Positions 7,854 through 16,581 of a stretch of DNA of 64,000 bases are shown one piece after another. Made by a program: the position numbers and the translations under genes. The notes beneath the pieces are model-generated. The model was given only the letters and a program-made list of their open reading frames with translations. It did no database searches and was not told the origin of the DNA. The DNA lies in contig JAJPHE010000072.1 in NCBI GenBank assembly GCA_021325435.1, forward strand, positions 1,666 through 65,665, read 5' to 3'. This DNA comes from Actinomycetota bacterium (GTDB taxonomy: Bacteria > Actinomycetota > Acidimicrobiia > Acidimicrobiales > JAJPHE01). How positions within the stretch are numbered: position 1 is the first letter of the stretch; every line of letters begins with the position of its first letter.

Positions 7854-9326
7854 TCAGGAAGTCTCGACCAGGTTCTCGCAGACGCGGTCCCGCCCCGTGC
7901 GCTTGGCGGCGTAGAGGGCGGCGTCGGCCCGGGCTACCGTCGTGGGGGCCCGGCTGGTCGAGGTGTGCACGGCGACTCCGGCCGAGAAGGTCGTGCGGGG
8001 ACGCAGATCACGCCAGCCCGCCACCAGTCGCTGGGCGGTCTCCACCCCGCTGTCGGCGGCCTCGCGCAGCACCACGAGGAACTCCTCGCCGCCGTAGCGG
8101 GCGACCAGGTCGGCGTCGCGGATGCTGCGCCGCAGGTAGTCGGCCAACTCCAGGAGGACCCGGTCGCCGGCGTCGTGGCCCTCGGAGTCGTTGACCTCCT
8201 TGAAGTGGTCGAGGTCGATCATCACCACGGCGTCGCCGGGCTTCAACGATTCGAGCAGGGCCATGGCGTGGCGGCGGTTACCGATGCCGGTGAGTTCGTC
8301 GCGCATGGACACCTCGGCGAGGAACCGGCGGGCCTCGCGCTCCTCGCCGTAGATCTGGGCGTTCTCCAGCGTGCGCCCGGCGTGGTTGGCGAGCAGGGTC
8401 AAGGCCTCGGCATCCTCGTCGGTGACCGTCCGGGTCCCCCCGGCGAGCAGGACGGCAGCCATCTCACCGTGGACCCATACCGGCGCGCCCATGGCGGCTC
8501 GCACACCGGCCTCCACCAGATGCCGAAGGGCTGCCGGGTTGGTCGCGTAGTCGTCGAGGACGACACAGCCGCGCTGAGAGCGCACCAGGGCGGGCAGACC
8601 GGCCGATGCCGGCTGGTCGGCGGATGCCATCTCCTCGGGGAGTCCCCGCACGTGGTGGAGGCGGTAGGTGGCGCCGTCGGTCGAGAAGACGGCTAGTCCC
8701 GCCACCTGCATGCCGAGCCCGATCACCGAGTCCACCACGCCGTCGAGCACCCGGTCGTAGTCGAGGGTGGTGATGGTGGTGGTGCCCCGCACGACCGCCC
8801 TCAGGAGGCGGGCCCGGTGCTCTGCCTGGCGCCGGGCGTCGGCCATCTGGGCCATGGCCCAGGCCACGGTCTCACCCACCAGCACGCACACCGGTACGGC
8901 GACGGCGCCCGACGCCGCCGCTCCGTGCACCGCCTCGTGGCGGGTCAGGATGGGCAGCTCGTAGACCACAGCCGCCAGCGGGGCGAGGGCGAGGCTGGTG
9001 CGTCGCGGATGGACCAGCCCCACCCAGGTGAAGGTGACGACGAAGTAGACCGCGTAGGTGAACGGCGAGTCGATACCGAAGCTCTCGTACAGCCCGATGA
9101 GGGAGAGGGCGATGGGCACCAGCAGCAGGCTCGCCCTGACCGGCCAGCGCTCCCACGGCGCCAGCCAGGTGAGGATGCCGACGACGATGGCGGTGAGCCC
9201 GAGACCGTCGACCACGTTGGCGTTGAGGACCCCGCTGCCGGGGATCCAAGTGTCGACCAGGGTGACGACGCCCGCGACGATGAAAAGCCATGCCGCCGAG
9301 CGGACGAGGGGCCGGTGACCCCGCAC
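7854..9326 (-). CDS. Membrane-anchored GAF-GGDEF diguanylate cyclase
   Basis: Multi-TM N-terminus, then a central GAF-like region. C-terminal sequence: DELTGIGNRRHAM...MIDLDHFKEVNDSEGHDAGDRVL...ARYGGEEFLVVL (GGEEF active site). Confidence 0.9.
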   Translation of the reverse strand: MRGHRPLVRSAAWLFIVAGVVTLVDTWIPGSGVLNANVVDGLGLTAIVVGILTWLAPWERWPVRASLLLVPIALSLIGLYESFGIDSPFTYAVYFVVTFTWVGLVHPRRTSLALAPLAAVVYELPILTRHEAVHGAAASGAVAVPVCVLVGETVAWAMAQMADARRQAEHRARLLRAVVRGTTTITTLDYDRVLDGVVDSVIGLGMQVAGLAVFSTDGATYRLHHVRGLPEEMASADQPASAGLPALVRSQRGCVVLDDYATNPAALRHLVEAGVRAAMGAPVWVHGEMAAVLLAGGTRTVTDEDAEALTLLANHAGRTLENAQIYGEEREARRFLAEVSMRDELTGIGNRRHAMALLESLKPGDAVVMIDLDHFKEVNDSEGHDAGDRVLLELADYLRRSIRDADLVARYGGEEFLVVLREAADSGVETAQRLVAGWRDLRPRTTFSAGVAVHTSTSRAPTTVARADAALYAAKRTGRDRVCENLVETS

Positions 9327-9416
9327 GGTGAAGTTGTCGGCGCGAGTCGGCTACAACTGGAGGAGCATTTCGTTATAGCTCCACCGGACTAGTGCTGGGG
9401 CGGGCATCGTGGAGGC

Positions 9417-11705
9417 ATGAACTCTTCCGAAACCGGCCGGGCGGCCCGGCTGATGGCGGCCATGACCGTCGAGCAGAAGGTCGCTCAGCTGTCGGGGGTG
9501 TGGGTGACCGCCGGCGCAGGTGGGCAGGTGGCCCCCTACCAGGGAACCCTGGCCATGGGGGAGGCCGGTCCCCTGAGCGAGCGCATCGCCAACGGGATCG
9601 GGCAGCTCACCCGCCCCTTCGGCAGCGCCCCGGTGGAGCCCCTCGACGGGATCGATGCGGTCAACGCCCTGCAGCGCAGCCTGCTGTCGGATACCCCCGG
9701 TGTGGCGGCCATGGTCCACGAGGAGTGCCTCACCGGTCTCATGGCCCACGGCGCCACCGCCTTCCCGGGCCCGCTGGCGTGGGGGGCGACCTTCGACCCG
9801 GGCGTCGTGTCCGAAATGGCCGACGCCATCCGCCAGCAGATGCGCTCGGTCGGCGCCCACCAGGGGCTCGCCCCCCTGCTCGACGTGGTGGCCGACGCCC
9901 GCTGGGGCCGGGTGGAGGAGTGCATCGGCGAGGATCCCTACCTGGTCGGCGTCATCGGCTGCGCCTACATCCGGGGCCTGCAGGGCAACGATCCCAGACG
10001 GGGAGTCGTTGCCACCGCCAAGCACTTCGTCGGCTACTCCGCCTCGGAGGGCGGACGCAACCTGGCCCCGGCCCATCTGGGCCCACGGGAGCTGGCTGAC
10101 GTCTACCTCCTGCCCTTCGAGATGGCCGTCACCGAGGCGGGGCTGATGTCGGTCATGAACTCCTACCAGGAGATTGACGGCGAGCCGGTGGCGGCGTCGC
10201 GCCCACTGTTGACCGAGATCCTGAGAGAGAGGTGGGGCTTCGACGGGATCGTCGTGTCCGACTACTTCTCCGTCGACTTCCTCCATCTGCACCACGGGGT
10301 GGCCGCCGATCGGCCCGAGGCGGCGGCCCTGGCTCTGCGGGCCGGCATCGACGTTGAGCTCCCCAACCCCTCCTGTTTCGGTGCCCCACTGCTGGAGGGG
10401 TTGGAGCGGGGTCTGCTGAGCGAAGCCGATGTAGAGCGGGCCTGCCTGCGGGTGCTGTCCACCAAGGAGCGGGTGGGACTGTTGGACCAACCGCTAACCG
10501 ATCGACCTGGCCACGTGGACCTGGATCCACCTGAGCATCGGGCCCTCGCCCGCCGGCTGGCGGAGCGCTCGATCATCCTGCTCCGCAACGAGGACGGTCT
10601 TCTGCCCCTGCCCGAGTCGGTGGCGGCGGTGGCCGTGGTCGGGCCCAATGCCGCGTCGGCCTCCTCCCTGCTCGGCAACTACTCGTTCCAGAATCACGTG
10701 GCCAGCCATGTCCCCGATGCCCCCGAGGGGCCCGAGGTGGTGACGGTGGAGGAGGGCCTTCGCCGTCTTCTCGGGCCCCGAGTGGACGTGCGCTCGGCTC
10801 GAGGTTGCGAGGTGACGGGCGGCGACCGGTCCGGATTCGCCGAAGCCGTCGCCGCCGCCTCCGGCGCCGACGTGGCCGTGGTCGTCCTCGGGGACCAGGC
10901 CGGGCACTTCGGCGGCGGCACGTCGGGTGAGGGCACCGACAGCGACGACCTTCGCCTTCCCGGGGTGCAGGAGGAGCTCCTCCGGGCGGTGTGCGCCACC
11001 GGGGTGCCCACCGTCGCTGTTCTCGTCACCGGGCGGCCCTACGACCTGGGCTGGGTCGCCGGCAACGTGGCGGGGGTGGTGCAGGCGTGGTTCCCGGGCG
11101 AGGAGGGCGGATCCGCCGTCGCCGATGTCCTGTTCGGCCGGGTGAATCCGGCCGGACGAGCGCCGGTCAGCTACTCCCGCGGTGCCGGCCAGCAACCGGT
11201 CACCTACCGGAGCCGCCGGTTGAGCCGCAGCCGCTACGCCGGTTCGACCACCAGGCCGGTGTTCCCGTTCGGTCACGGCCTGAGCTACACCACCTTCGAG
11301 TACTCAGAGCTCAGCCTGCCCCCCGAGGTGCCGGTCGGCGGGGACCTCGTCGTGGAGTGCACGGTCACCAACACCGGTGGCCGCGACGGTGACGAGGTGG
11401 TGCAGCTCTACACGTCCGACCCCGTGGCCAGCGTCACCCGCCCGGTCCAGGAGCTCAAGGGCTTCTGCCGGGTGGCCATCCCATCCGGCGCCTCCAGCCG
11501 CATCAGCTTCAGCGTGCCCACCGATCTGTTGGCCTTCGCCGGCCCCGGCCTGGTCCCCATCGTCGAGCCCGGAACTCTCGAGGTGAGGGTCGGAGCATCC
11601 AGCGCCGACATCCGCCTGCGGGGCGCCACTCATCTGGTGGGGGAGACGCGGGTGCTGACCGGTCGGCGCCGGCTGACCACCGGCGTCAGCGTCCGCCCGG
11701 CGTGA
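9417..11705 (+). CDS. Glycoside hydrolase family 3 (beta-glucosidase/beta-xylosidase type, BglX-like) with C-terminal Fn3-like domain
   Basis: 762 aa. Motifs: KHFVGYSASEGGRN, FDGIVVSDY, VAVVVLGD...GEGTDSDDLRLPG, PFGHGLSYTTFEY. GGAGG RBS before the ATG. Confidence 0.9.
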   Translation: MNSSETGRAARLMAAMTVEQKVAQLSGVWVTAGAGGQVAPYQGTLAMGEAGPLSERIANGIGQLTRPFGSAPVEPLDGIDAVNALQRSLLSDTPGVAAMVHEECLTGLMAHGATAFPGPLAWGATFDPGVVSEMADAIRQQMRSVGAHQGLAPLLDVVADARWGRVEECIGEDPYLVGVIGCAYIRGLQGNDPRRGVVATAKHFVGYSASEGGRNLAPAHLGPRELADVYLLPFEMAVTEAGLMSVMNSYQEIDGEPVAASRPLLTEILRERWGFDGIVVSDYFSVDFLHLHHGVAADRPEAAALALRAGIDVELPNPSCFGAPLLEGLERGLLSEADVERACLRVLSTKERVGLLDQPLTDRPGHVDLDPPEHRALARRLAERSIILLRNEDGLLPLPESVAAVAVVGPNAASASSLLGNYSFQNHVASHVPDAPEGPEVVTVEEGLRRLLGPRVDVRSARGCEVTGGDRSGFAEAVAAASGADVAVVVLGDQAGHFGGGTSGEGTDSDDLRLPGVQEELLRAVCATGVPTVAVLVTGRPYDLGWVAGNVAGVVQAWFPGEEGGSAVADVLFGRVNPAGRAPVSYSRGAGQQPVTYRSRRLSRSRYAGSTTRPVFPFGHGLSYTTFEYSELSLPPEVPVGGDLVVECTVTNTGGRDGDEVVQLYTSDPVASVTRPVQELKGFCRVAIPSGASSRISFSVPTDLLAFAGPGLVPIVEPGTLEVRVGASSADIRLRGATHLVGETRVLTGRRRLTTGVSVRPA

Positions 11706-11708
11706 AGG

Positions 11709-12542
11709 TCAGTGGTCAATGCCGAACTGAGGGCGGCGTTTCTCCAGCAGGGCGGCGACGCCCTCGCGGAAGTCGGGCTCCTTCGTCATCAGCTCCAGCA
11801 ATCGTTGGGCTTCCTCGACGGCGGCGCCAACCCCGCTGTGGAGGTCCGAGTACACCTGCTGACGGGTGGCCCTGAGTGACGCCGGCGACATCGACGAGGC
11901 CATCTCGGTGGCGTATTCGAGGACCCTGGGCATCAACCGCTCGGCAGGTAGCACCTCGTTGACCAGCCCGATGGCGGCGGCCTCCTCGGCCAGCATGACC
12001 CGGCCCGACAGGAGAAGGTCGTTGGCTCGGGTGAGCCCGACCAGACGGGGCAGGAGCCACGACAGGCCGAATTCAGCCGGCAGCCCCAGGCGGCCGTGGG
12101 CGGTGGTGAGCTTGGCCCCGGCGGCGGCGAAGCGCAGGTCACAGAAGCAGGCGAGCACGAAGCCGACGCCCGCGGCGGCGCCGTTGACGGCGGCGATCAC
12201 CGGCTTGGACAGGCCGAAGTGGTAGGCGAAGTCGTGATCGAACTCGGGGTGCACCCCGAAGCCGGGGCGGGGCAGGTCCTCGGGGGTGCCGGGGTCGTAG
12301 CCGCCCTTGGTCACGTGACCAGACAGGGCGGCGCTGTCGGCGCCGGCACAGAATCCCCTGCCGGCGCCGGTCACCACGATGGCGCGCACGGCCGGATCGG
12401 CGTCAGCCTGCGCTAGTGACCACCGGTACTCGGTGTGCATCCGCCCGGTCCAGGCGTTGAGCCGTTCCGGGCGGTTGAGGGTGATCACCGCCACCGGTCC
12501 GTCCGCCTCGTAGCGCACGACTTTCAGTTCCATGCCCGCCAT
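11709..12542 (-). CDS. Enoyl-CoA hydratase/isomerase (crotonase) family protein
   Basis: MAGMELKVVRYEADGPVAVITLNRPERLNAW...[14 protein letters not shown]...KPVIAAVNGAAAGVG. Start chosen at ATG 12542. The track start 12590 adds a non-conserved extension. Confidence 0.85.
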   Translation of the reverse strand: MAGMELKVVRYEADGPVAVITLNRPERLNAWTGRMHTEYRWSLAQADADPAVRAIVVTGAGRGFCAGADSAALSGHVTKGGYDPGTPEDLPRPGFGVHPEFDHDFAYHFGLSKPVIAAVNGAAAGVGFVLACFCDLRFAAAGAKLTTAHGRLGLPAEFGLSWLLPRLVGLTRANDLLLSGRVMLAEEAAAIGLVNEVLPAERLMPRVLEYATEMASSMSPASLRATRQQVYSDLHSGVGAAVEEAQRLLELMTKEPDFREGVAALLEKRRPQFGIDH

Positions 12543-12699
12543 GTTCGCCGACGGGGATGTGGAATTCCTGTGGACCCGGCGGTGCACCACTGTTCCGCGG
12601 CTGGGGACAACCGGAAAATCTCGAGGGACAACCTAGGGATTTCGCCGATCCCTATTGACCCCCGGCCGGCGATGGCGCAACCTGCGTGCAGCCGGACGT

Positions 12700-12900
12700 T
12701 GCGAGGCCGGCACCGAAAGAGGCGAGGTCTTCGGGCCGAGCCGCCGGAGGTGCCAAATCGGAGCCCCGGTGAGGCAGGAAGCGTGGGTGGAGCCCGTTCG
12801 CGGGAGCCTCGACGTGAGCCGGACGGTCCTCAGGGGCCGGGCGGCGACCTTGCCGTGGCGACCCCGAGGAGCAGGCGGCGACGTCGGTTTCTCGGGGTAC
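12700..12900 (+). other. Core of a ~390-nt non-coding gap (12543-12935) with GC-rich stem-loops; candidate structured leader/ncRNA, family unknown
   Basis: Extended hairpin at 12709-12754 (GGCACC..GGCG..GGUC-UUCG-GGCC..CGCC..GGUGCC). CCCG-UUCG-CGGG at about 12793-12804. Segment CCCCGAGG (12862-12869) can pair either with CCUCaGGGG (12828-12836) or with CUCGGGG (12891-12897). Confidence 0.25.
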
Positions 12901-12935
12901 CGCCGCGTCAGGGACCCGTCTGGTAGACACGTGCG

Positions 12936-13187
12936 GTGACTCAGCGCCATCACTACTCCGTCACCGCCCGCTCGCCGCAAGGGGAGCAGGAGGAGTGGTT
13001 CCACACTTTCGCCGAGGCCGAGGCCCGTCACGGCCAACAGGTGTCGACGGCGAGCGGCGAAGGCGCCACCGTCACCGACCGCGGCTACTGGAGGACCGAG
13101 ATCCGCTCCGCCGCCGGGGAGGTGACGGAGGTGCGCCTCGACGACGCCGGCCTGCGGACGTGCGGGTCGCTCTGCGGAGCGGGGTGA
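12936..13187 (+). CDS. Hypothetical small protein (83 aa), translationally coupled to ligC
   Basis: Very high GC3 across the ORF. Its TGA overlaps the ligC GTG (GTGA at 13184-13187). No recognisable family and no obvious SD. Confidence 0.5.
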   Translation: MTQRHHYSVTARSPQGEQEEWFHTFAEAEARHGQQVSTASGEGATVTDRGYWRTEIRSAAGEVTEVRLDDAGLRTCGSLCGAG

Positions 13188-14260
13188 ACCTCCCGGTCAA
13201 CCCCCCCGTCTCGCCGATGCTGGCCAAGCTCGCCCGCCAGCTGCCGGTCTCCGAGGGTCTCGTCTACGAGCCGAAGTGGGACGGGTTCCGCTGCATCGTC
13301 TTTCGCGACGGGGACCAGGTCGAGCTGGGGAGCCGCAACGAGCGCCCCCTCACCCGCTACTTCCCCGAGCTCGAAGAACCCTTACGGGCGCAGCTCCCCG
13401 CCCGGTGCGTTCTGGACGGGGAGATAGTCATCGCCGGGCCTTCCGGACTCGACTTCGACGCCCTCCTGCAGAGAATCCACCCGGCGGAGTCGAGGGTCAG
13501 GATGCTGGCCGCCAGCACCCCGGCGTCGCTGGTGGCTTTCGACCTGCTGGCCCTCGACCAACGCGACCTGCGGCCGGCGCCGTTCTCCGAACGGCGGCAT
13601 CTGCTCGAACAAGCCATGGCAGAGGCCGAGCCCCCCCTTCACCTGACCCCGGCGACCACCGACCCGGAGGTGGCCCGCGACTGGTTCGACCGTTTCGAGG
13701 GAGCCGGCCTGGACGGGGTGGTGGCCAAGCGGTCCGACCTGCCCTACCGCGAGGGGGAACGCCAGATGGTCAAGGTGAAGCACGAGCGCACCGCCGACTG
13801 CGTGGTGGCCGGCTTCCGCTGGCACAAAGAGGGCGGCACCGTCGGTTCTCTCCTGCTCGGCCTGTACGACGGCGAGGGGAACCTGCACCACGTGGGGGTG
13901 ACCGCCTCGTTCACCGCCGCCCGCCGGCGTCAGCTGCTCGAGGAGCTCGCCCCTTACCGGATGGATTCGGTGTCCGGTCATCCCTGGCAGTCGTGGGCAG
14001 GAGAGGAGGGTGCTGGCTCCACCCGGATGCCCGGGGCGCCCAGCCGGTGGTCGGCCCGGCGCGACCTGTCGTGGGAGCCGCTGCGACCCGACGCGGTGTG
14101 CGAGGTCGCCTACGACCACCTGCAGGGCGACCGCTTCCGGCACGGCACGACCTTCCGGCGGTGGCGCCCCGACCGCCAGCCCCGCTCCTGCACCTACGAC
14201 CAGCTGGATGCCGCCGTCCCCGCCGAGCTGGCCCAGGTCTTCGGGGCGGCCAGCGGCTAG
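13184..14260 (+). CDS. ligC: ATP-dependent DNA ligase, LigC type
   Basis: From GTG 13184: VNLPVNPPVSPMLAKL...YEPKWDGFRCIVFRDGDQVELGSRNERPLTRYFPEL...LDGEIVI...RIHPAESRV...FRHGTTFRRWRPDR. As I recall it, this is near-collinear with M. tuberculosis LigC, which starts MQLPVMPPVSPMLAK. The track start 12995 is an upstream run-on. Confidence 0.9.
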   Translation: MNLPVNPPVSPMLAKLARQLPVSEGLVYEPKWDGFRCIVFRDGDQVELGSRNERPLTRYFPELEEPLRAQLPARCVLDGEIVIAGPSGLDFDALLQRIHPAESRVRMLAASTPASLVAFDLLALDQRDLRPAPFSERRHLLEQAMAEAEPPLHLTPATTDPEVARDWFDRFEGAGLDGVVAKRSDLPYREGERQMVKVKHERTADCVVAGFRWHKEGGTVGSLLLGLYDGEGNLHHVGVTASFTAARRRQLLEELAPYRMDSVSGHPWQSWAGEEGAGSTRMPGAPSRWSARRDLSWEPLRPDAVCEVAYDHLQGDRFRHGTTFRRWRPDRQPRSCTYDQLDAAVPAELAQVFGAASG

Positions 14261-15324
14261 GGGGCCTCGCCCCCCGACTTGCGGGCCCGGCTGGGAGGCA
14301 CCCGCCGGGGCTCCCCGGACCGCTTCCCGAAATGCGGCGGCCACGGGGCGTCTCCGAGGCCACCGGCCTCGTCCCGAGCGGCCAGCTCGAGCAGGCTCTC
14401 GAGTCCGAAGGACCGGTCGTCGATGCCGGCACCGGGGTCGACGCCGGCCCGGTAGCGGGCCGGCACGGTGGACAAGGTCAGATCGGCCGGATCCACGGCG
14501 GCTACCTCGTCCCAGGTGAGGGGGCAGGACACCCGGGCCTCGGGGTTGGCCCGCACCGAGTACTCGGAGGCGACGGTGCGGTCCCTGGCGTTCTGGTTGT
14601 AATCGATGAACACCCGCTCGCCCCGCTCCTCCTTCCACCAGGCCGACGTGGCCAGCTGGGGGATGCGCCGCTCGATCTCGCGGGCGAGGGCCAGGGCCGC
14701 CCGACGCACCTCGGTGAACCCCCATTCGGGGCGGATGCGCACGTTGACGTGCAGGCCCCGCGAGCCGGACGTCTTCGGGTAGCCCTCCACGCCGTGCTCT
14801 GACAACACGGCGTGGACCTCGGCTGCCACCCGGCGCACCGCGTCGAAACCGCTGCCCGGCTGGGGGTCGAGGTCGACCCGGAGCTCGTCGGGGTGGTCCA
14901 CATCGGAGCGTCGCACCGGCCACGGATTGAGATCGAGACAGCCCAGGTTCGCCGCCCACACCACGTGGGCGACGTTGACCGGGCAGAGCTCCTCGGCCTG
15001 GCGTCCGCTCGGGAAGTGCACCGTCACCGTCTCCAGCCACGGCGGGCGCGACGCCGGAACCCGCTTTTGAAAGAAGAACTCCCCCTCGGCGCCGTTCGGA
15101 TAGCGCTTGAGCACGGTGGGGCGCTCGCGCACCCCGCGGAGGGCGCCCGGCCCGACCGCCACGTAGTAGCGGGCCAGATCGAGCTTGGTCTCCCCGCGGG
15201 CGGCGAAGAAGACCTTGTCGGGGTTGGTGATCCGCACCTCGTGGCCGTTCACGTCGAGCACCTCGTAGGCGTCGGCGGCGGCCACTCGGCGACGGTAGCC
15301 CGCCTCGGTCGTTCCCGCCGCCAT
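14257..15324 (-). CDS. Stand-alone LigD-polymerase-domain primase-polymerase (Prim-PolC-like)
   Basis: ITNPDKVFF...TKLDLARYY...LKRYPNG...FFQKR...DELRVDLDP...YPKTSGSRGLHVNVRI...VFIDYNQNARDRTVASEYSVR. Convergent with ligC; the two stops share the palindrome CTAG at 14257-14260. Confidence 0.85.
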   Translation of the reverse strand: MAAGTTEAGYRRRVAAADAYEVLDVNGHEVRITNPDKVFFAARGETKLDLARYYVAVGPGALRGVRERPTVLKRYPNGAEGEFFFQKRVPASRPPWLETVTVHFPSGRQAEELCPVNVAHVVWAANLGCLDLNPWPVRRSDVDHPDELRVDLDPQPGSGFDAVRRVAAEVHAVLSEHGVEGYPKTSGSRGLHVNVRIRPEWGFTEVRRAALALAREIERRIPQLATSAWWKEERGERVFIDYNQNARDRTVASEYSVRANPEARVSCPLTWDEVAAVDPADLTLSTVPARYRAGVDPGAGIDDRSFGLESLLELAARDEAGGLGDAPWPPHFGKRSGEPRRVPPSRARKSGGEAP

Positions 15325-15394
15325 GGTCAGGGCCAGGGCGTATCCCCGAAGCCGCGGGGACCCGACGGTACGTTGGGGATGAAGAGGAGGGCCG

Positions 15395-16525
15395 GTGACA
15401 TCTTCCGAGACGGCCGTCCCCAGGTGGCTGGTGACGGCGGCCGCTTACGGGTGGCGCTTCCTGGTGCTCTCCGGCGCCGCCTACGTCCTGGCCCTGGCCT
15501 TCGGCCGGCTGCAGGTGGTGATCGTGCCGATCGTCGCCGCCCTGTTCCTTTCCACCATCCTCGGGCCCCCGGCGGCCTGGCTCCGGCGCCACGGGGTGCC
15601 GCCGCTGGCCGCCACCTGGCTGGTCTTCCTGGCCGCCATCGGCGTCGTCGCCGCCGTCGTCGCCGGCCTGGTGCCCGGCATAAGCAACGAGTTCCACGCT
15701 CTGGGCAGTGAGTTGTCGAAGGGCGTCAAGAAGGTGGAGCGGTGGCTGGAGACCGGCCCTTTCCACCTCTCGCGCCACCAGGTCGACTCCTACGTGACCA
15801 AGCTCCGGAACGAGATCGGCTCCAACGGAACCAAGATCGTCCACGGCGCCCTGAGCGGGCTCTCGCTGGTCCTCGAACTCGTGGCGGCGGCTCTGCTCAC
15901 CCTGGTCCTCACCTTCTTCTTCGTCAAGGACAGCGAGGACATCGGCCGGTGGTTCCTGGGGCTGTTCGACGCCCGGCGGGCGGACGACCTCCGCCACGTC
16001 GGGCGCGACGCGTGGAGCGCCCTCGGCGGCTACGTGCGGGGCACCGCCATCAACGGGTTGGTCAACTCCGTCCTCCTGACGGCCGGCCTGCTCGGGCTGG
16101 GTGTGCCGCTGGTGGCGCCCATCGCCGTGCTCACCTTCATCGGAAGCTTCCTCCCCCTCGTCGGAGCCATCGGAAGCGGTCTGGTGGCCGCCCTGGTGGC
16201 CTTGGTGTCGAAGGGGTTCGTCGCCGCCCTGGTCGTGGTGGGGTTGACGGTCGTCATTCACAACGTCGAGGGCTACCTGGTCGGACCCCTGGTCCTGGGC
16301 CGGGCCGTTCGGCTGCACCCGGTCGTCATCCTCCTGTCGCTCACCATCGGCACGATCCTGGGCGGCATCATCGGCGCCTTCCTCGCCGTTCCGGCCGTGG
16401 CGGTGGCCCTGGCGGTGAACGAGCACTACCGGCTGGCCCGGCGGGCGGCAGCGACGCAGCCACCGGTGGGCTCGACCACCGAAGACGGGGCGGCGCTGGT
16501 GAGCGGGGATCTGACCAGCCCCTGA
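15395..16525 (+). CDS. AI-2E family transporter (PerM/UPF0118)
   Basis: 376 aa with about 8 TM helices. Motifs: FFFVKDSEDIGRW, FIGSFLPLVGAIGSG, HPVVILLSLTIGTILGGIIGAFLAVP. GAGGAGG RBS. Confidence 0.85.
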   Translation: MTSSETAVPRWLVTAAAYGWRFLVLSGAAYVLALAFGRLQVVIVPIVAALFLSTILGPPAAWLRRHGVPPLAATWLVFLAAIGVVAAVVAGLVPGISNEFHALGSELSKGVKKVERWLETGPFHLSRHQVDSYVTKLRNEIGSNGTKIVHGALSGLSLVLELVAAALLTLVLTFFFVKDSEDIGRWFLGLFDARRADDLRHVGRDAWSALGGYVRGTAINGLVNSVLLTAGLLGLGVPLVAPIAVLTFIGSFLPLVGAIGSGLVAALVALVSKGFVAALVVVGLTVVIHNVEGYLVGPLVLGRAVRLHPVVILLSLTIGTILGGIIGAFLAVPAVAVALAVNEHYRLARRAAATQPPVGSTTEDGAALVSGDLTSP

Positions 16526-16581
16526 GAGCCGTCGTAGCCTGCCGACCCGCCGACCCGTGGGGGGGTGGCAAAGGAGCGCGC

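Noticed and set aside
9327-9416. Short inverted repeats (GTTGT...ACAAC, GGAGC...GCTCC) in the AT-richer divergent region between the GGDEF cyclase and the GH3 gene, considered as a regulator site.
   Set aside because: The arms are only 5 bp and match no known operator. I cannot distinguish them from chance.
12740-12830. Superficial resemblance of GGUGCCAAAUCGGAGCCCCGGUGAGGCAGGAAGC to cobalamin-riboswitch or SRP-RNA core motifs.
   Set aside because: There is no B12 box (GCCACUG) and no GGGAA/AAUCC core. There is no SRP domain-IV GGAA-tetraloop helix (AGCAGCC pairing). RNase P, tmRNA and 6S hallmarks are also absent on both strands.
12655-12939. 94-aa ORF whose TGA overlaps GTG 12936, which would make a three-ORF GTGA chain into ligC.
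   Set aside because: It is 22% Arg, with about a third of those as AGG/AGA codons that real genes here avoid. It has no SD and a wrong-frame-like composition. I treat it as non-coding, though the GTGA junction is worth remembering if Ribo-seq becomes available.
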